From positions 20,214,001 to 20,278,000 of the forward strand of contig NC_086118.1 in NCBI RefSeq assembly GCF_963921235.1: a stretch of 64,000 nt of DNA, read 5' to 3'. This DNA comes from Mobula hypostoma (Eukaryota). Both the position numbers and the translations under genes were made by a program. This document shows, one piece after another, positions 13,549 through 25,589 of the stretch. Each line of letters starts with the position of its first letter. Position 1 is the first letter of the stretch. The notes under the pieces are model-generated. The model saw only the letters and a list, made by a program, of their open reading frames with translations. It was not told where the DNA came from and did no database searches.

Positions 13549-16185
13549 ATAGAACATAGAATAGTACAGCACAGTACAGGCCCTTCGGCCCACAATGTTG
13601 TGCCAACCCTCAAACCCTGCCTCCCATATAAGCCCCCACCTTAGATTCCTCCATATACCTGTCTAGTAGTCTCTTAAACTTCACTAGTGTATCTGCTTCC
13701 ACCACTGACTCAGGCAGTGCATTCCACGCACCAACCACTCTCTGAGTAAAAAACCTTCCTCTAATATCCCCCTTGAACTTCCCACCCCTTACCTTAAAGC
13801 CATGTCCTCTTGTATTGAGCAGTGGTGCCCTGGAGAAGAGTCGCTGGCTATCCACTCTATCTATTCCTCTTATTATCTTGTACACCTCTACCATGTCTCC
13901 TCTCATCCTCCTTCTCTCCAAAGAGTAAAGCCCTAGCTCCCTTAATCTCTGATCATAATCCATACTCTCTAAACCAGGCAGCATCCTGGTAAATCTCCTC
14001 TGTACCCTTTCCAATGCTTCCACATCCTTCCTATAGTGAGGTGACCAGAACTGGACACAGTACTCCAAGGGTGGACTAACCAGAGTTTTATAGAGCTGCA
14101 TCATTACATCGCAACTCTTAAACTCTATCCCTCGACTTAGGAAAGCTAACACCCCATAAGCTTTCTTAACTACCCTATCCACCTGTGAGGCAACTTTCAG
14201 GGATCTATGGACATGTACCCCGAGATCCCTCTGCTCCTCCACACTACCAAGTATCCTGCCATTTACTTTGTACTCTGTCTTGGAGTTTGTCCTTCCAAAG
14301 TGTACCACCTCACACTTCTCCGGGTTGAACTCCATCTGCCACTTCTTAGCCCACTTCTGCATCCTATCAATATCTCTCTGCAATCTTTGACAATCCTCTA
14401 CACTATCTACAACACCACCAACCTTTGTGTTGTCTGCAAAGTTGCCAACCCACCCTTCTACCCCCACATCCAGGTCATTAATAAAAATCACGAAAAGTAG
14501 AGGTCCCAGAACAGATCCTTGTGGGACACCACTAGTCACAATCCTCCAATCTGAATGTACTCCCTCCATCACCACACTCTGCCTTCTGCAGGCAAGCCAA
14601 TTCTGAATCCACCTGGCCAAACTTCCCTGGATCCCATGCCTTCTAACTTTCTGAATAAGCCTACCGTGTGGAACCTTGTCAAATGCCTTACTAAAATCCA
14701 TATAGATCACATCCACTGCACTACCCTCATCTATATGCCTGTTCACCTCCTCAAAGAACTCTATCAGGCTTGTTAGACACGATCTGCCCTTCACAAAGCT
14801 ATGCTGATTTTCCCTGATCAGACCATGATTCTCTAGGTGCCCAGAGATCCTATCTCTGAGAATCTTTTCCAACAGCTTTCCCACCACAGACGTAAGGCTC
14901 ACTGGTCTATAATTACACAGACTATCACTACTACCTTTTTTGAACAAGGGAACAACATTCGCCTCCCTCCAATCCTCCGGTACCATTCCCATTCTCAACG
15001 AGGACATAAAGATCCTAGCCAGAGGCTCAGCAATCTCTGCTCTCGCCTGGTGGAGCAGCCTGGGGAATATTCCGTCAGGCCCCGGGGACTTATCCATCCT
15101 AATGTATTTTAACAACTCCAACACCTCTTCTCCCTTAATATCAACATGCTCCAGAACATCAAACTCACTCATATTGTCCTCACCATCACCAAGTTCCCTC
15201 TCATTGGTGAATACCCAAGAGAAGTATTCATTGAGGACCTCGCTCACTTCCACAGCCTCCAGGCACATCTTCCCACCTTTATCTCTAATCGGTCCTATCG
15301 TCACTCCTGTCATCCTTTTTTTCTTCACATAATTGAAGAATGCCTTGGGGTTTTCCTTTACCCTACTCGCCAAGGCCTTCTCATGCCCCCTTCTTGCTCT
15401 TCTCAGCCCCTTCTTAAGCTCCTTTCTTGCTTCCCTATATTCCTCAATAGACCCATCTGATCCTTGCTTCCTAAACCTCATGTATGCTGCCTTCTTCCAC
15501 CTGACTAGATTTTCTACCTCACTTGTCACCCATGGTTCCTTCACCCTACCATTCTTTATCTTCCTTACTGGGACAAATTTATCCCTAACATACTGCAAGA
15601 GATCTCTAAACATTGACCACATATCCATAGTACATTTCCCTGCAAAAACATCATCCCAATTCACACCCGCAAGTTCTAGCCTTATAACCTCATAATTTGC
15701 CCTCCCCCAATTAAAAATTTTCCTGTCCTCTTTGATTCTATCCTTTTCCATGATAATTATAAAGGCCAGGGAGCGGTGGTCACTGTCCCCCAGATGCTCA
15801 CCCACTGAGAGATCTGTGACCTGACCCGGTTCATTACCTAGTACTAGATCTAGTAAGGCATTCCCCCTGGTCGGCCTGTCCACATACTGTGATAGGAATC
15901 CATCCTGGACACACTTAACAAACTCTGCCCCATCTAAACCCTTGGAACCAATCAGGTGCCAATCAATATTAGGGAAGTTAAAGTCACCCATGATAACAAC
16001 CCTGTTATTTTTGCACCTTTCCAAAATCTGCCTCCCAATCTGCTCCTCTGTATCTCTGCTGCTACCAGGGGGTCTATAGAATACCCCCAATAGAGTAACT
16101 GTTCCCTTCCTGTTCCTGACTTCCACCCATACTGACTCAAAAGAGGATCCTGCTACATTACCCACCCTTTCTGTAGCTGTAATAG
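13549..16185 (-). mobile_element. Young CR1/HER1-type LINE, 5'-truncated, with an uninterrupted ~858-codon ORF2 segment (13610-16186)
   Basis: Partial endonuclease plus full RT with no stops or frameshifts. The catalytic motif is FADNTK (D to N). Nearly identical to 5412-8025, with the same tail. Confidence 0.95.
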
Positions 16186-16974
16186 CACGCAAACAATTTA
16201 AATAAATAATGCATAAGTTGTAATTTAGGAAAACTATCAAGCAAGAAGATGGCAAAATAAAACATAGAAAATGAAAATCTAATTGTGAGCTTGATAAGAA
16301 ACATTGATATTTATTTGACATTCAGAAAAAGGATAAGGAAACTGAAAATATTTTCCCTCAATCCAAACATTTTACATTTAAGTATGAACTTGAATATTTC
16401 TGCCAGTTGGGAACAATTCAAGTTGTTTCCCCAACTTGTTACCTGGTTGCAAAGCAAAGTTGTTGATTCCCACAACTGTCTGGATAATTGCACAAATTGT
16501 CTCCATTTTTCCAAACCATTTGCTGCTTTATAATAGAGTGCCTTAATGAATGTCAGAATCAAATTCACGCTTTAAAAATGATTGCTGCAATATGGACTTG
16601 GCACAAACAAAACAAAAATATATTTTTCCCCATTAGTGTTGTAAGATATTTACTATCATGGTGACGCAGTTGGCTGGCCACTTTAGATTGTTTTGCTTTG
16701 AAAAGGTAATGTATGAAACTGTGATAACAGGAGAAATGTGTCTAAAAAGGCACTTGGGTTTCAAAATAGAGAATGTAGACTTAACCTATAACAGAAATAG
16801 GCTCTTCGGCCCACCAAGTCCAAGCCAATCATCAAGCACCCCTTTTTAATTAATTCCAGTTTAAAGGCATTTTATTCTCCCTTTATTGCTATCAGTTTCC
16901 TATCCTCCACTCAATCCACTCAATATTCCACTCACCCACACACAAGCAGCAAGTTACACCAGATAGTTAGTCGA

Positions 16975-17315
16975 TCTATGTGGAGAGGATGTTTCCTGTG
17001 GGGGAGGTAATCAGAACTAGAGGGCATAGCCTCAAAATTGAGCAGCAACCTTTTAGAACAGAGGTAAGGAAGAGTTTTTTTTAGCCAGGGAGTAGTGAAT
17101 CTGTGGAATACTCGGCCACAGACCGCGATGGAGGACGAGTCCGTGGGTACGTTTAAGGCGGAAGTTGGTAGTTTCCTGATCGGTCAGGGAATCAAAGGAT
17201 ATGACAAGGCGGCAGGTGTATGGAGTTGAGTGGGATCCAGGATCAGCCATGATGGAATGGCAGAGCAGACTCGATGGGCTGAATGGCCTAATTCTGCTCC
17301 TATGTCTTATGGTCT
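16975..17315 (+). mobile_element. CR1 3' end inserted in a decayed antisense SINE (about 16775-17450)
   Basis: Encodes the FFSQGVVNLWN motif; ends in tcttatggtcttat. Confidence 0.75.
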
Positions 17316-17594
17316 TATCATTTTTGAGATGGCGGAGGAAAGCAAAGCATCCAAAGGAAATTCGTGTGGTCACAAGGGAAAGAGACAAACTTCATACAGA
17401 CATGACTGGAGGTTAGGGTCACTGAAAGTGTGAGCTTAACCAGCTGTGTTGATAGCTAAAGATGACAGTACCATAACAACCACTAACTGTTTCATAATAT
17501 GTTAGATTTCAGCTCGTGTGTCTAATGGTTGTTGTAATGTGTCTAGTGTGGTAGTGCTTGTCACTCTTGCTTTCAGCTTCCATTGCTGGCTAGC

Positions 17595-18110
17595 AGTCTC
17601 ATGAAAAGGAGAGCTGAATATGTAAATATCTCCCTGCCAGTACATAACCTCTCAAACAGCAAGCCTCCGCACTGGTGACACAGGGAAACTGAACTCCTTT
17701 CGGGCTCAGGCTGAAATGCAGAGGATGAGGAGGAGGTCTGGTCCTGCACAGACAGCAGGCAGGCCCGCCGGTGTGAGGACAGGCCCTGGTGCTTGTGAAC
17801 CAGATCCCCGGCTGTGGGTTAATAGCCCCACTGTCTTGTGGGCAGCCTCGGGAGAGACGAAAGCTATGGAGTAAACCCAGACAGAAAATCCAGAGTAGAA
17901 CCCCTAAGGCATTGAATGTCCCTCCAGCAGGCCCTGCAGCCAAGCCGGTGCCAAACATGTTTATTACTTTGCCTTCCTTTAGATTGCACTAGTGAGACCA
18001 AGTGGAAGATCTTGACGATAGATCTCCTTAACTTCTGCCCAGGCTTGTGCCCTGGAGAGATCACTCCAGTGCCACTATCCACTGTCCTTCAAGATAGACA
18101 AATGCCAACA
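17595..18110 (+). repeat. Unclassified GC-rich non-coding repeat (possibly RTE-LINE 5' UTR-derived)
   Basis: Shares conserved blocks with 48164-48655; no credible ORF. Confidence 0.5.
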
Positions 18111-19918
18111 TCTGATAGACAGATTTTAGTTTGTCTTGTTTCCCAAAAATTCATTGGTGTCACCTGAAGCTCAGCTAGTTATACGGATCAACACTCAAAT
18201 GGCTGTATGATTTATAAATGCTGTAGCATTCCGGTCAGTTGAAAAAGTAGGAACAGACTCAACACCCTTTGCTTCTTTCAATACCAGAAGCTGGGTACTA
18301 AGGCAGTTATTACACTTTCAACTTCACTTTGAAGTGCAGTAATTTAGACCTTGCAAACCACCGTTAAATTCAATAATCATTTAGACCGTGCATTTCATCC
18401 TAATCGCTTACTGATAATCTACCTTGAGATATAGAATATGAATGATCGAGTGATGCCAAGGGATTGGCTTACTAATTGTGGTAACATAAATGATCACCTA
18501 TCTAAGTGATGCTGTCAATGATTCATACTAAGAATAGAGGTCGTCTGCAAAGAGACAAAGTCTGAATCACATATGTTAGTGGTATTACTGAGCAAAACTG
18601 CAAGATATCCAGCCTTGCTACAGTGCAAGGTTTAAAAATCTGAATAAGGGACAAAATGAGTGAACAAAATACATTGGTATTCTTCCTCAAGTTATTCTAG
18701 CTGCTTGGTCCTGTAAATAAGATACCCACAAGCCTAAACTTTACTCCATGTTCCACGTATGTACTTTGGGACAAATTCGAAGCCAGTAAATAGAAAAATC
18801 ACTACAGATGGAAACTTCCCTCAAGATGAAGATTATGTGCTTCATTTGGAATTTGTAGAATAAAACATGAAGCATTCTTAGACGTCAAATGACTGTGAAA
18901 GTTACTGATGTGGAGAAATCTTGTTGGCAGAGTATTGCTTGAATATGCTTAACAAATGGAGACTGATCATGAAAAATTGATGATTGGGTATGTTTGCACA
19001 AGTCCTCTTCCTCTTAGAATATGTACACAGCGTGGAATGGAATAACGTTAACAATAGCATAGCTTCTGCTGGGTTATGATGTAGTCAAAGACATTTCCTG
19101 TCATACCACATCAGATCAGTACTGACCTATTGTCCAGATGCAAAAGCAGATGGGATGTGGGTTATATGTCGTTGAGAAACCTTTAACTCTTGAAGATGGG
19201 TGACACATTTTGCCATAGAAATCCTCTATGGTAGAATATCTGTAGGCTGCCTTCTTAACTCTAATATTTCATATTTACTACTCAATTTAACCACCCTCCC
19301 CTCCCCCACCAACTTCAGTTTTCATTTCAATGAAAGAGATTTCAAAACTCATGCTTAGCTTCATCATTGTTTGCCGCTTTACCCTAAGCCCTGCCCTGTA
19401 AATGTCTTTCACTTAAATATTGCAAACTTTAAAAAGTACTATTTAATTAAATAGTTCATTAATTTCTGTTGCTACCTACACATCAACGGAGCCCACAGAC
19501 GTGTGGATTCGTTAGTGTGCAAATTATTCTTAACCTATTGCCGGCATTCATTTAGCAATTCCTTCACCAGAAGAAAATGGCTCCGTTATAATTTATCCTT
19601 ACGTTGACAATGAATTTTAGCGTAGAATCTTCCACACAAAAAAGACTATTGTTATACTGTATTTATACAATTTCACTCCTGATACTACCGACCCTACTCT
19701 GAACGATATCATACCGCGCTGCGTTTCCCATTAATTATTACCCCAACGAAAACAGCTAAAAGGCTACTAATAAAAGTTAAAAACTATTAATTTAAGGAAG
19801 TTATTATTCCCAGTTGAGAAAAATGGACTTCAATAACGACTTTGCATATTTTCATGCATGCGGCTAAATTTAAACATCAAATAGGAATATTTTAGATTTT
19901 TTTTTTATTTTTCTACAG

Positions 19919-20800
19919 GTATCTAACGCGTCTGCAAGCTTTAAACTTACTTTCCCAAATTTAACAGGATTTACGTCACGGGAAGCTGGGTGTCCCCCGG
20001 AGGAAACAGGTGGGCAAGTTTGCGCTCCCCCGTCCCAAACTACTGTTGGGGCAGGATTGTCGGACGTGAAGATGTTGAAGATATTTGGAAGGTGTCCTTG
20101 TTTATTCTGGGTGGCGATAATTTTAGACCTGGTAGGGTTGTCCCTCCTGTTGATCGGCGTTTTTGCCCACGTGCAGGTCAGCGGCAGGGGCGTCGGAGAC
20201 TGCTTCATCTATACCGGTGCGATCGTCGTCTTCTTCAGCCTGGTCTGGTGGCTCTCCTGGTGCACGGGCAACATTGAGGTTTCTCTGGAGGAGCTCGAGA
20301 AAGGCGCCGTGGTCAAGGAGAACAGCTTGGCTAAGCTGACCAGAAAGCTTTCCGAGAGGTTGACAGACAGGAGGCACATTTCACCCACGGAGAACGGTGT
20401 GTGGATTAAGAAGGGAGCCGGAGAGCTGTCCACGGCCAACGGCTGGGTGGTGGCCAGGGAGCGGGGTGAAGTGTCGCTGCAGCATCTCAACTCATCAAGA
20501 TACCTGGATCTCAGTAGCGTATGGCGGCCCGGGGAGCAACAGAGTGGAGAGCGGTTGCTCTAGTCTAGACGGTGAGAACTATGAAGTTACCTGCATGAGC
20601 CGGAATTCAGAGGGCGAATGAACCAGAAAATGCTGACAGATCAAAATTGGGAACCGTATTGTTCCGTTATTTGCAACCTATTCACTGTAGATTGGAGAAC
20701 TAGACATTGGTTGTTTTTCTTAGCGGAAAATTGCTCGAATCCGATCTTCGAATTTCACGAAGTTAAAGCACACGACACCAGGGAAGGAGTCTACTGCTGA
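19919..20800. promoter_or_regulatory. CpG-rich island-like segment over the TMEM238-like exon
   Basis: Visibly many CG dinucleotides and higher GC than the AT-rich, CpG-depleted flanks; not computed. Confidence 0.5.
20072..20563 (+). CDS. TMEM238L: TMEM238-family two-TM protein, 163 aa from ATG 20072; probable TMEM238L orthologue by position next to PIRT
   Basis: GRC..F..AIILD..G..LL.GVFA, GD.FIYTGA, WW..W.TGNIEVS.EELE and LAKLTRKLS motifs are typical of TMEM238. The first ATG after the acceptor (tttttttatttttctacAG, 19917-19918) is in frame and has A at -3. Exon is CpG-rich. AATAAA at 21038 and 21116. The family call is strong; the paralogue name rests on synteny. Confidence 0.82.
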   Translation: MLKIFGRCPCLFWVAIILDLVGLSLLLIGVFAHVQVSGRGVGDCFIYTGAIVVFFSLVWWLSWCTGNIEVSLEELEKGAVVKENSLAKLTRKLSERLTDRRHISPTENGVWIKKGAGELSTANGWVVARERGEVSLQHLNSSRYLDLSSVWRPGEQQSGERLL

Positions 20801-21371
20801 AAGTTAGGCTAAAGTTACCCTTCTCTGTGCTGTGCTGAACTCAAATTATAACGGACTATTTGCAGTTGATAATGTACCGATGTAAATCTTCCTTGGGTGG
20901 GGAGTAATAGTCAGAGATAAAAGGGTTTGCAAATCTGCCTTGACACAATCGTTGTTTGAACAATTAACACAAATTAGCAGGGGCGAACTCCACACTGGAA
21001 TTGAATGGCAGTAATTCGGGCAGGGAGAATGGGATTAAATAAACAGCTGGTGATAGGCTATCTTGATTTGAAACTTCATTTTTCATTTTGTATATATATT
21101 ATACACAATTACAACAATAAATTAGTTTCTCTCTCGATCACTCATTCAAGGTATGTATGAGAAAAAAATCAGAGACATCCTGATAGAAATGATTGAACAC
21201 AATTATTATTGTGAATGACTGGTTGGGTCAGTAGTTGAGCTGGCATTCTGCGGGGGTGGAATGTTAGGTGAGTAAAAAAATACAGATGTGCATAATGCAG
21301 AGAGGTTAGTTTATCCCACTGGTAGGAAGAACAGAAAAACAAAATATTGTTTAAATAAGGCTTACTTCATT

Positions 21372-22940
21372 TTAAGATAAGACCATAAGATATGGGAGCA
21401 AAATTAGGCCATTTGGACTATTGATATGCAAAACCAGTCTATCATAGCTGATTTATTTTCTCTCTCAACCCATTCTCCTGCCTTCTTCCCATAACCTTTG
21501 ATGTCATGACTAATCAAGAATTTATCAATCTCTGCTTTAAATATACTTACTGACTTGGCCTCTACAGCCACCCTTGGCAACAAATTCCACAGATTAACCA
21601 CCCTGTGGTTTAAGAAATTCCTGCTCAGTTCTGTTCTAAAGGGATGTCCTTCCATTCTGAGGCTGTGCCCTCTGGTTTGAGGCTTACTCACCACAGGAAA
21701 CATCCTCTCCACATCCACACTATCTGGGCCTATCAGTACTCAATAGGTATCAATGAGCCCCCCCCCCCCATTCTTCTAAACTCCTGCGAGTGGAGGCCTA
21801 GAGCCATGAAATGTTCCTCATACGTTAATCATTACATTCATGGATTCAATCTCGTGAACCTCCTCCAGAGCCTATCCAGTGCCAGCATATCTTAGATAGG
21901 GGCCTGAAACTGCTCACAGTATGGTCTGACCAATACCTTGTAAAGCCTCAGCATTACAACCTTGCTGTTATTTTCTGGTCCTAACACTACATTTGCCTTC
22001 CTTACCACGGACTCAACCTGCAAGTTAACCATTAGGAAATCCTGCACAAGGACTCTCAAATCCCTTTGCAACTCTGATTTTTGAATTTTCTCCCTGTTTA
22101 GAAAAGAGTCTACGCCTTTATTCCTTTTACCAAAGTGCATGACCATACACTTCCCTGCAATGTACTCTACCACTTCTTTACCCTTTCTCCTAATTTGTCT
22201 ATATCCTTATGCAGACTATCTACTTCCTCAATACTGCCTGCCACTCCACCTGTCTTTGTAACATATGCAAACTTGGCCACAAAGCCATTAATTCAAACAT
22301 TCAAATTACTGACATATATTGTGAAAAGAAACGGTCCCAATACTGATCCCTGCGGACCATCACTAGTTACCAGCAGTCAACCAGTGAAGACCCCATTTAT
22401 CCCCACTTTTTGTCTCCTGCTAGTCAGCCAATGCATTCTGCTAGTATCTTTCCTGTGATGCCATGGGCTAAGTATCCTCATGTAACATCTTGCTTCTGAA
22501 ATCCAAGTAAACAACATCCTCAGATTCTCATGAATCTTGAAAGATCAATACTAATGGCTTCACAATCCCTTCAGCTACCTCTATCAGAACCCTGGGGTGT
22601 TGTCCATATGGTACATGTGTTTATCTGCCTTTAGACCTTTCAGCTTCCCAAGCACCTTCTCTTTCGTCATAGGAACTACACTCAGTTCTGCCCCCTGATA
22701 CTCTTGAATTTCTGGCATACTGCTAGTGTTTTTCACAGTGAAGAGCGAAGCAAAATACTGTTTTAAGTTTACGCATTTCTTTCCCCCCACTACTACCTCT
22801 CCAGCGGTTCAATATCTACTGTCGCCTCTTCTACTCTTTATATATCTAACAAAAACTTTTGATACCCTGTTTGATATTTCCAGCTAGCTTACCTTCATAT
22901 TTGATCTTTTTTAGTTGCCTTCTGTTGGTGTTTGAAAGCT
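21372..22940 (-). mobile_element. Degraded CR1 LINE with internal deletions
   Basis: RVVNLWNLLP, KCMVMHFGKRNK motifs; (tcttatgg) tail at about 21375-21390. Confidence 0.85.
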
Positions 22941-22944
22941 TGTA

Positions 22945-25575
22945 GAATGCATATGAGATAGCTTTTTAGACCAGTTTGTGATTGAGCCCACTTCAGGAAA
23001 GGCAATTCTGGGTTGGGTGTTGTGTAATGAACCAGATTTGATTAGAGAGCTTAAGGTAAAAGAATCTTTAGGAGACAGTGATCAGAACATGATAGAATTC
23101 ATCCTGCAGCTTGAGAGGGAGAAGATAAAGTCATAGTATTACAGTGGAGTAAAGGGAATTACAGAGGCATGAAAGAGGAGATGGCCAGTGTTGATTGGAA
23201 GGAAACACTATCGGATGACAGTACAACAATAATGGCTGGAGTTTCAGGGGCAATTCATAAGAGTCAAGATGGATACCTCCCAAAGATGAAGTATTCTAAA
23301 GGGAGGATGGGGCAACCACAGCTGACAAGGGAAGCAAAGGCAGCATAGAACTAAAAAGGGGGCGTATAATTTAGCAAAAGTTAGTTGGAAGTTAGTGGAT
23401 TAGGAAGCTTTTAAAAACCAATGGAAGGCAACTTTTTTAAAAAAAAAAGACATAGAAGTGATGTATGAAAGTAAGATCAGCAATGATATAAAAGGAAAAC
23501 AAGTTTTTTTTCCCAGGTATACAGTATAAAGAGTAAAAGAGGTGAGAGTGGATATTGAACCACTGGAAAATAATGCTGGAGAGGTAGTAATGGGGGGGGG
23601 TCAAAGAAATATCGGGCAAAGTTAAGTATTTTGCATCGGTCTTCACTGTGGAAGACAACAGCAGTATGCCAGAAATTCAAGAGTGCCAGGGGGCAGAAGT
23701 GAGTGTAGTTGTTATTACTAGGAATGTGCTTGAGAAACTGAAAGTTCTGCAGGTAGATAAGTCATCTGGGTCAGATGGAATGCGCTGCAGGGTTCTTAAA
23801 GAGGTAGCTGAAGAGATTATAGAGCCATTAGTAATGAGCTTTCAAGAATCTTTAGAATCTCTGATCTTTTTTGGATTTTTGGAAGGCATTTGACAAGGTG
23901 CCACACATAAGGATGCTTAACAAGATAAGAACCCATGGTTTTACAGGAAAGATATTAGCATGGATAGAAGATTGGCTGACTGGCAGGAGGCAAAGTGTGG
24001 AAATAATGTGGAAGCATTGGTAATGATCTTTCAAGAATCACTAGGAATTGTTATGGTTCTGGGGAAATGGAAAACTGCAAATGTCACTGCAATCTTTAAG
24101 AGGGAAGAGAGGCAAAAGACAGGAAATTTTAGGCCAGCTAGCTTGTCATCAGTGATTGGCAAAATGTTAGACTCTGTTATTAAGGATGAAGTTTCAGAGT
24201 ACTTGGGGGCACATAAGGTACACCAAAGCCAGCGTAGTTTCTTTAAAGGGGAAATGTTGCCTGACAAATCTTTTGGAGATTTTTGATGAAATAACAGGCA
24301 GAATAGACAAAGGAGAGTTGGTGTTGTTGTTTACTTGGATTTTTAGAAGACTTTGCGTAAGGTGCCACATCTGAGGCCGTTGAACAAGGTAAGGGCCCAT
24401 GGTATTCATGGAACGATTTAGCATGGATAGAAGATTGGCTGATTGGCAGGAGGCAAAGAGTGGGAGTAAAGTGAGCCTTTTCTAGTTGGCTGCTGCTAGC
24501 TAGTGGTATTCTGTGAAGGTCAGTACTGGGGCAGCTTCTTTTCACATTAAACGTCAATGCTCTGGATGATGGAATTGGAAGCTTTGTGATCAATATAAAG
24601 ATGGGTAGAGGGGCACATAGTGTTGAGGAAGAAGGGAGCCCGCAGAACGACTTGGACAGGTTAGGAGAATGGGCAAGGAAGTGGCAGATGAAATATAGTG
24701 ACACACATAAAAAATGTTGGTGCATGCAGCAGGCCAGGCACCATCTATAGGAAGAGGTACAGTCAACGTTTCGGGCCGAGACCCTTCGTCGGGACTAACT
24801 CATGAAATATAGTGTATGGAAATGTATGGTCATGCACCTTGGTAGAAGGAATAAAGGTATAATCTGTTTCCTAAACAGGAAGAAAATTTAGAAGTTGGAG
24901 CTGCAAAAGGATTTGGGAGTCCTCGTGCAAGAGTCCCCAAAGTTTAACTTGCAACTTGAGTCAGTAGTAGGGAAGGCAAATGTATTGTTGGTATTCATTT
25001 TGAGAAGACTGGAATATAAATGTGCATTAGTCAAGCCATACTTAGAGTATTGTGAGCATTTTGGACCCCATACATAAGACAGGATATGCTAGTGTTGGAG
25101 AGGCATCCAATGGGGGTTTATGAGAATGATCCCAGAGGTGAAGTGGTTAACATACAAGGATCGTTTGATGGCTCTGAGTCCGTACTTACTAGAGTTTAGA
25201 AGAATGAGGGGGTCTCATCGAAACTTATCGAATATTGAAAGGCCTAGGTAGAGTGGATGTGGAAAAGATGCTTTCAATAGTGGGAGAATCTAGGACCAGA
25301 GGGCACAGACACAGAATACAAGGATGTTCCTTTAGAACAGATGAGGAGGAATTTTTTTTTTTACGCCAGGGAGTGGTGAATCTGTGGAAGTCATTGCTAC
25401 AGATGGCTGTGGAGGGCAAGTCATTGGGTTTATTTAAAGCAGAGGCTGATAGGTATTTAATTAGTGAAGGCGTCAAAGGTTACAGGGAGAAAGCAGGGGA
25501 ATGAAATTGAGAGGAATAATAAAACAGCCATGATCAATTGTTGGAGCAGACTCAATGGGCCGAATGATGTATTTC
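22945..25575 (+). mobile_element. Degraded CR1 LINE (EN to 3' UTR) with internal duplication and a Penelope mini-insertion
   Basis: SDQNMIEF, KWKTANVTAIFK, LVKPYLEYC, VVNLWKSL motifs in shifting frames. Confidence 0.85.
24701..24801 (-). mobile_element. 101-bp Penelope pLTR mini-insertion containing a hammerhead motif (24761-24796), 13-bp TSD
   Basis: TSD atgaaatatagtg at 24688-24700 and 24802-24814. Reverse complement reads AGUC-CCGACGA-AGGGUCUCGGCCC-GAAA-CGUU-GACU, with U4 of the core changed to C. Confidence 0.85.
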
Positions 25576-25589
25576 TGCACGCAGTCGGG

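Noticed and set aside
6069..15695. Numerous + strand ORFs of 70-130 aa over the two large LINEs
   Set aside because: They are antisense shadow frames of CR1 ORF2, repeated in both copies.
16187..16321. Hydrophobic N-terminal 45 aa of the 903-aa ORF as a signal peptide on a domesticated RT
   Set aside because: It lies outside the LINE homology in AT-rich flank, so it is an incidental open frame; the RT catalytic Asp is also mutated.
20057..20071. ORF-track start at TTG 20057
   Set aside because: This is a eukaryotic gene; the in-frame ATG at 20072 has a good Kozak context and fits the family N-terminus.
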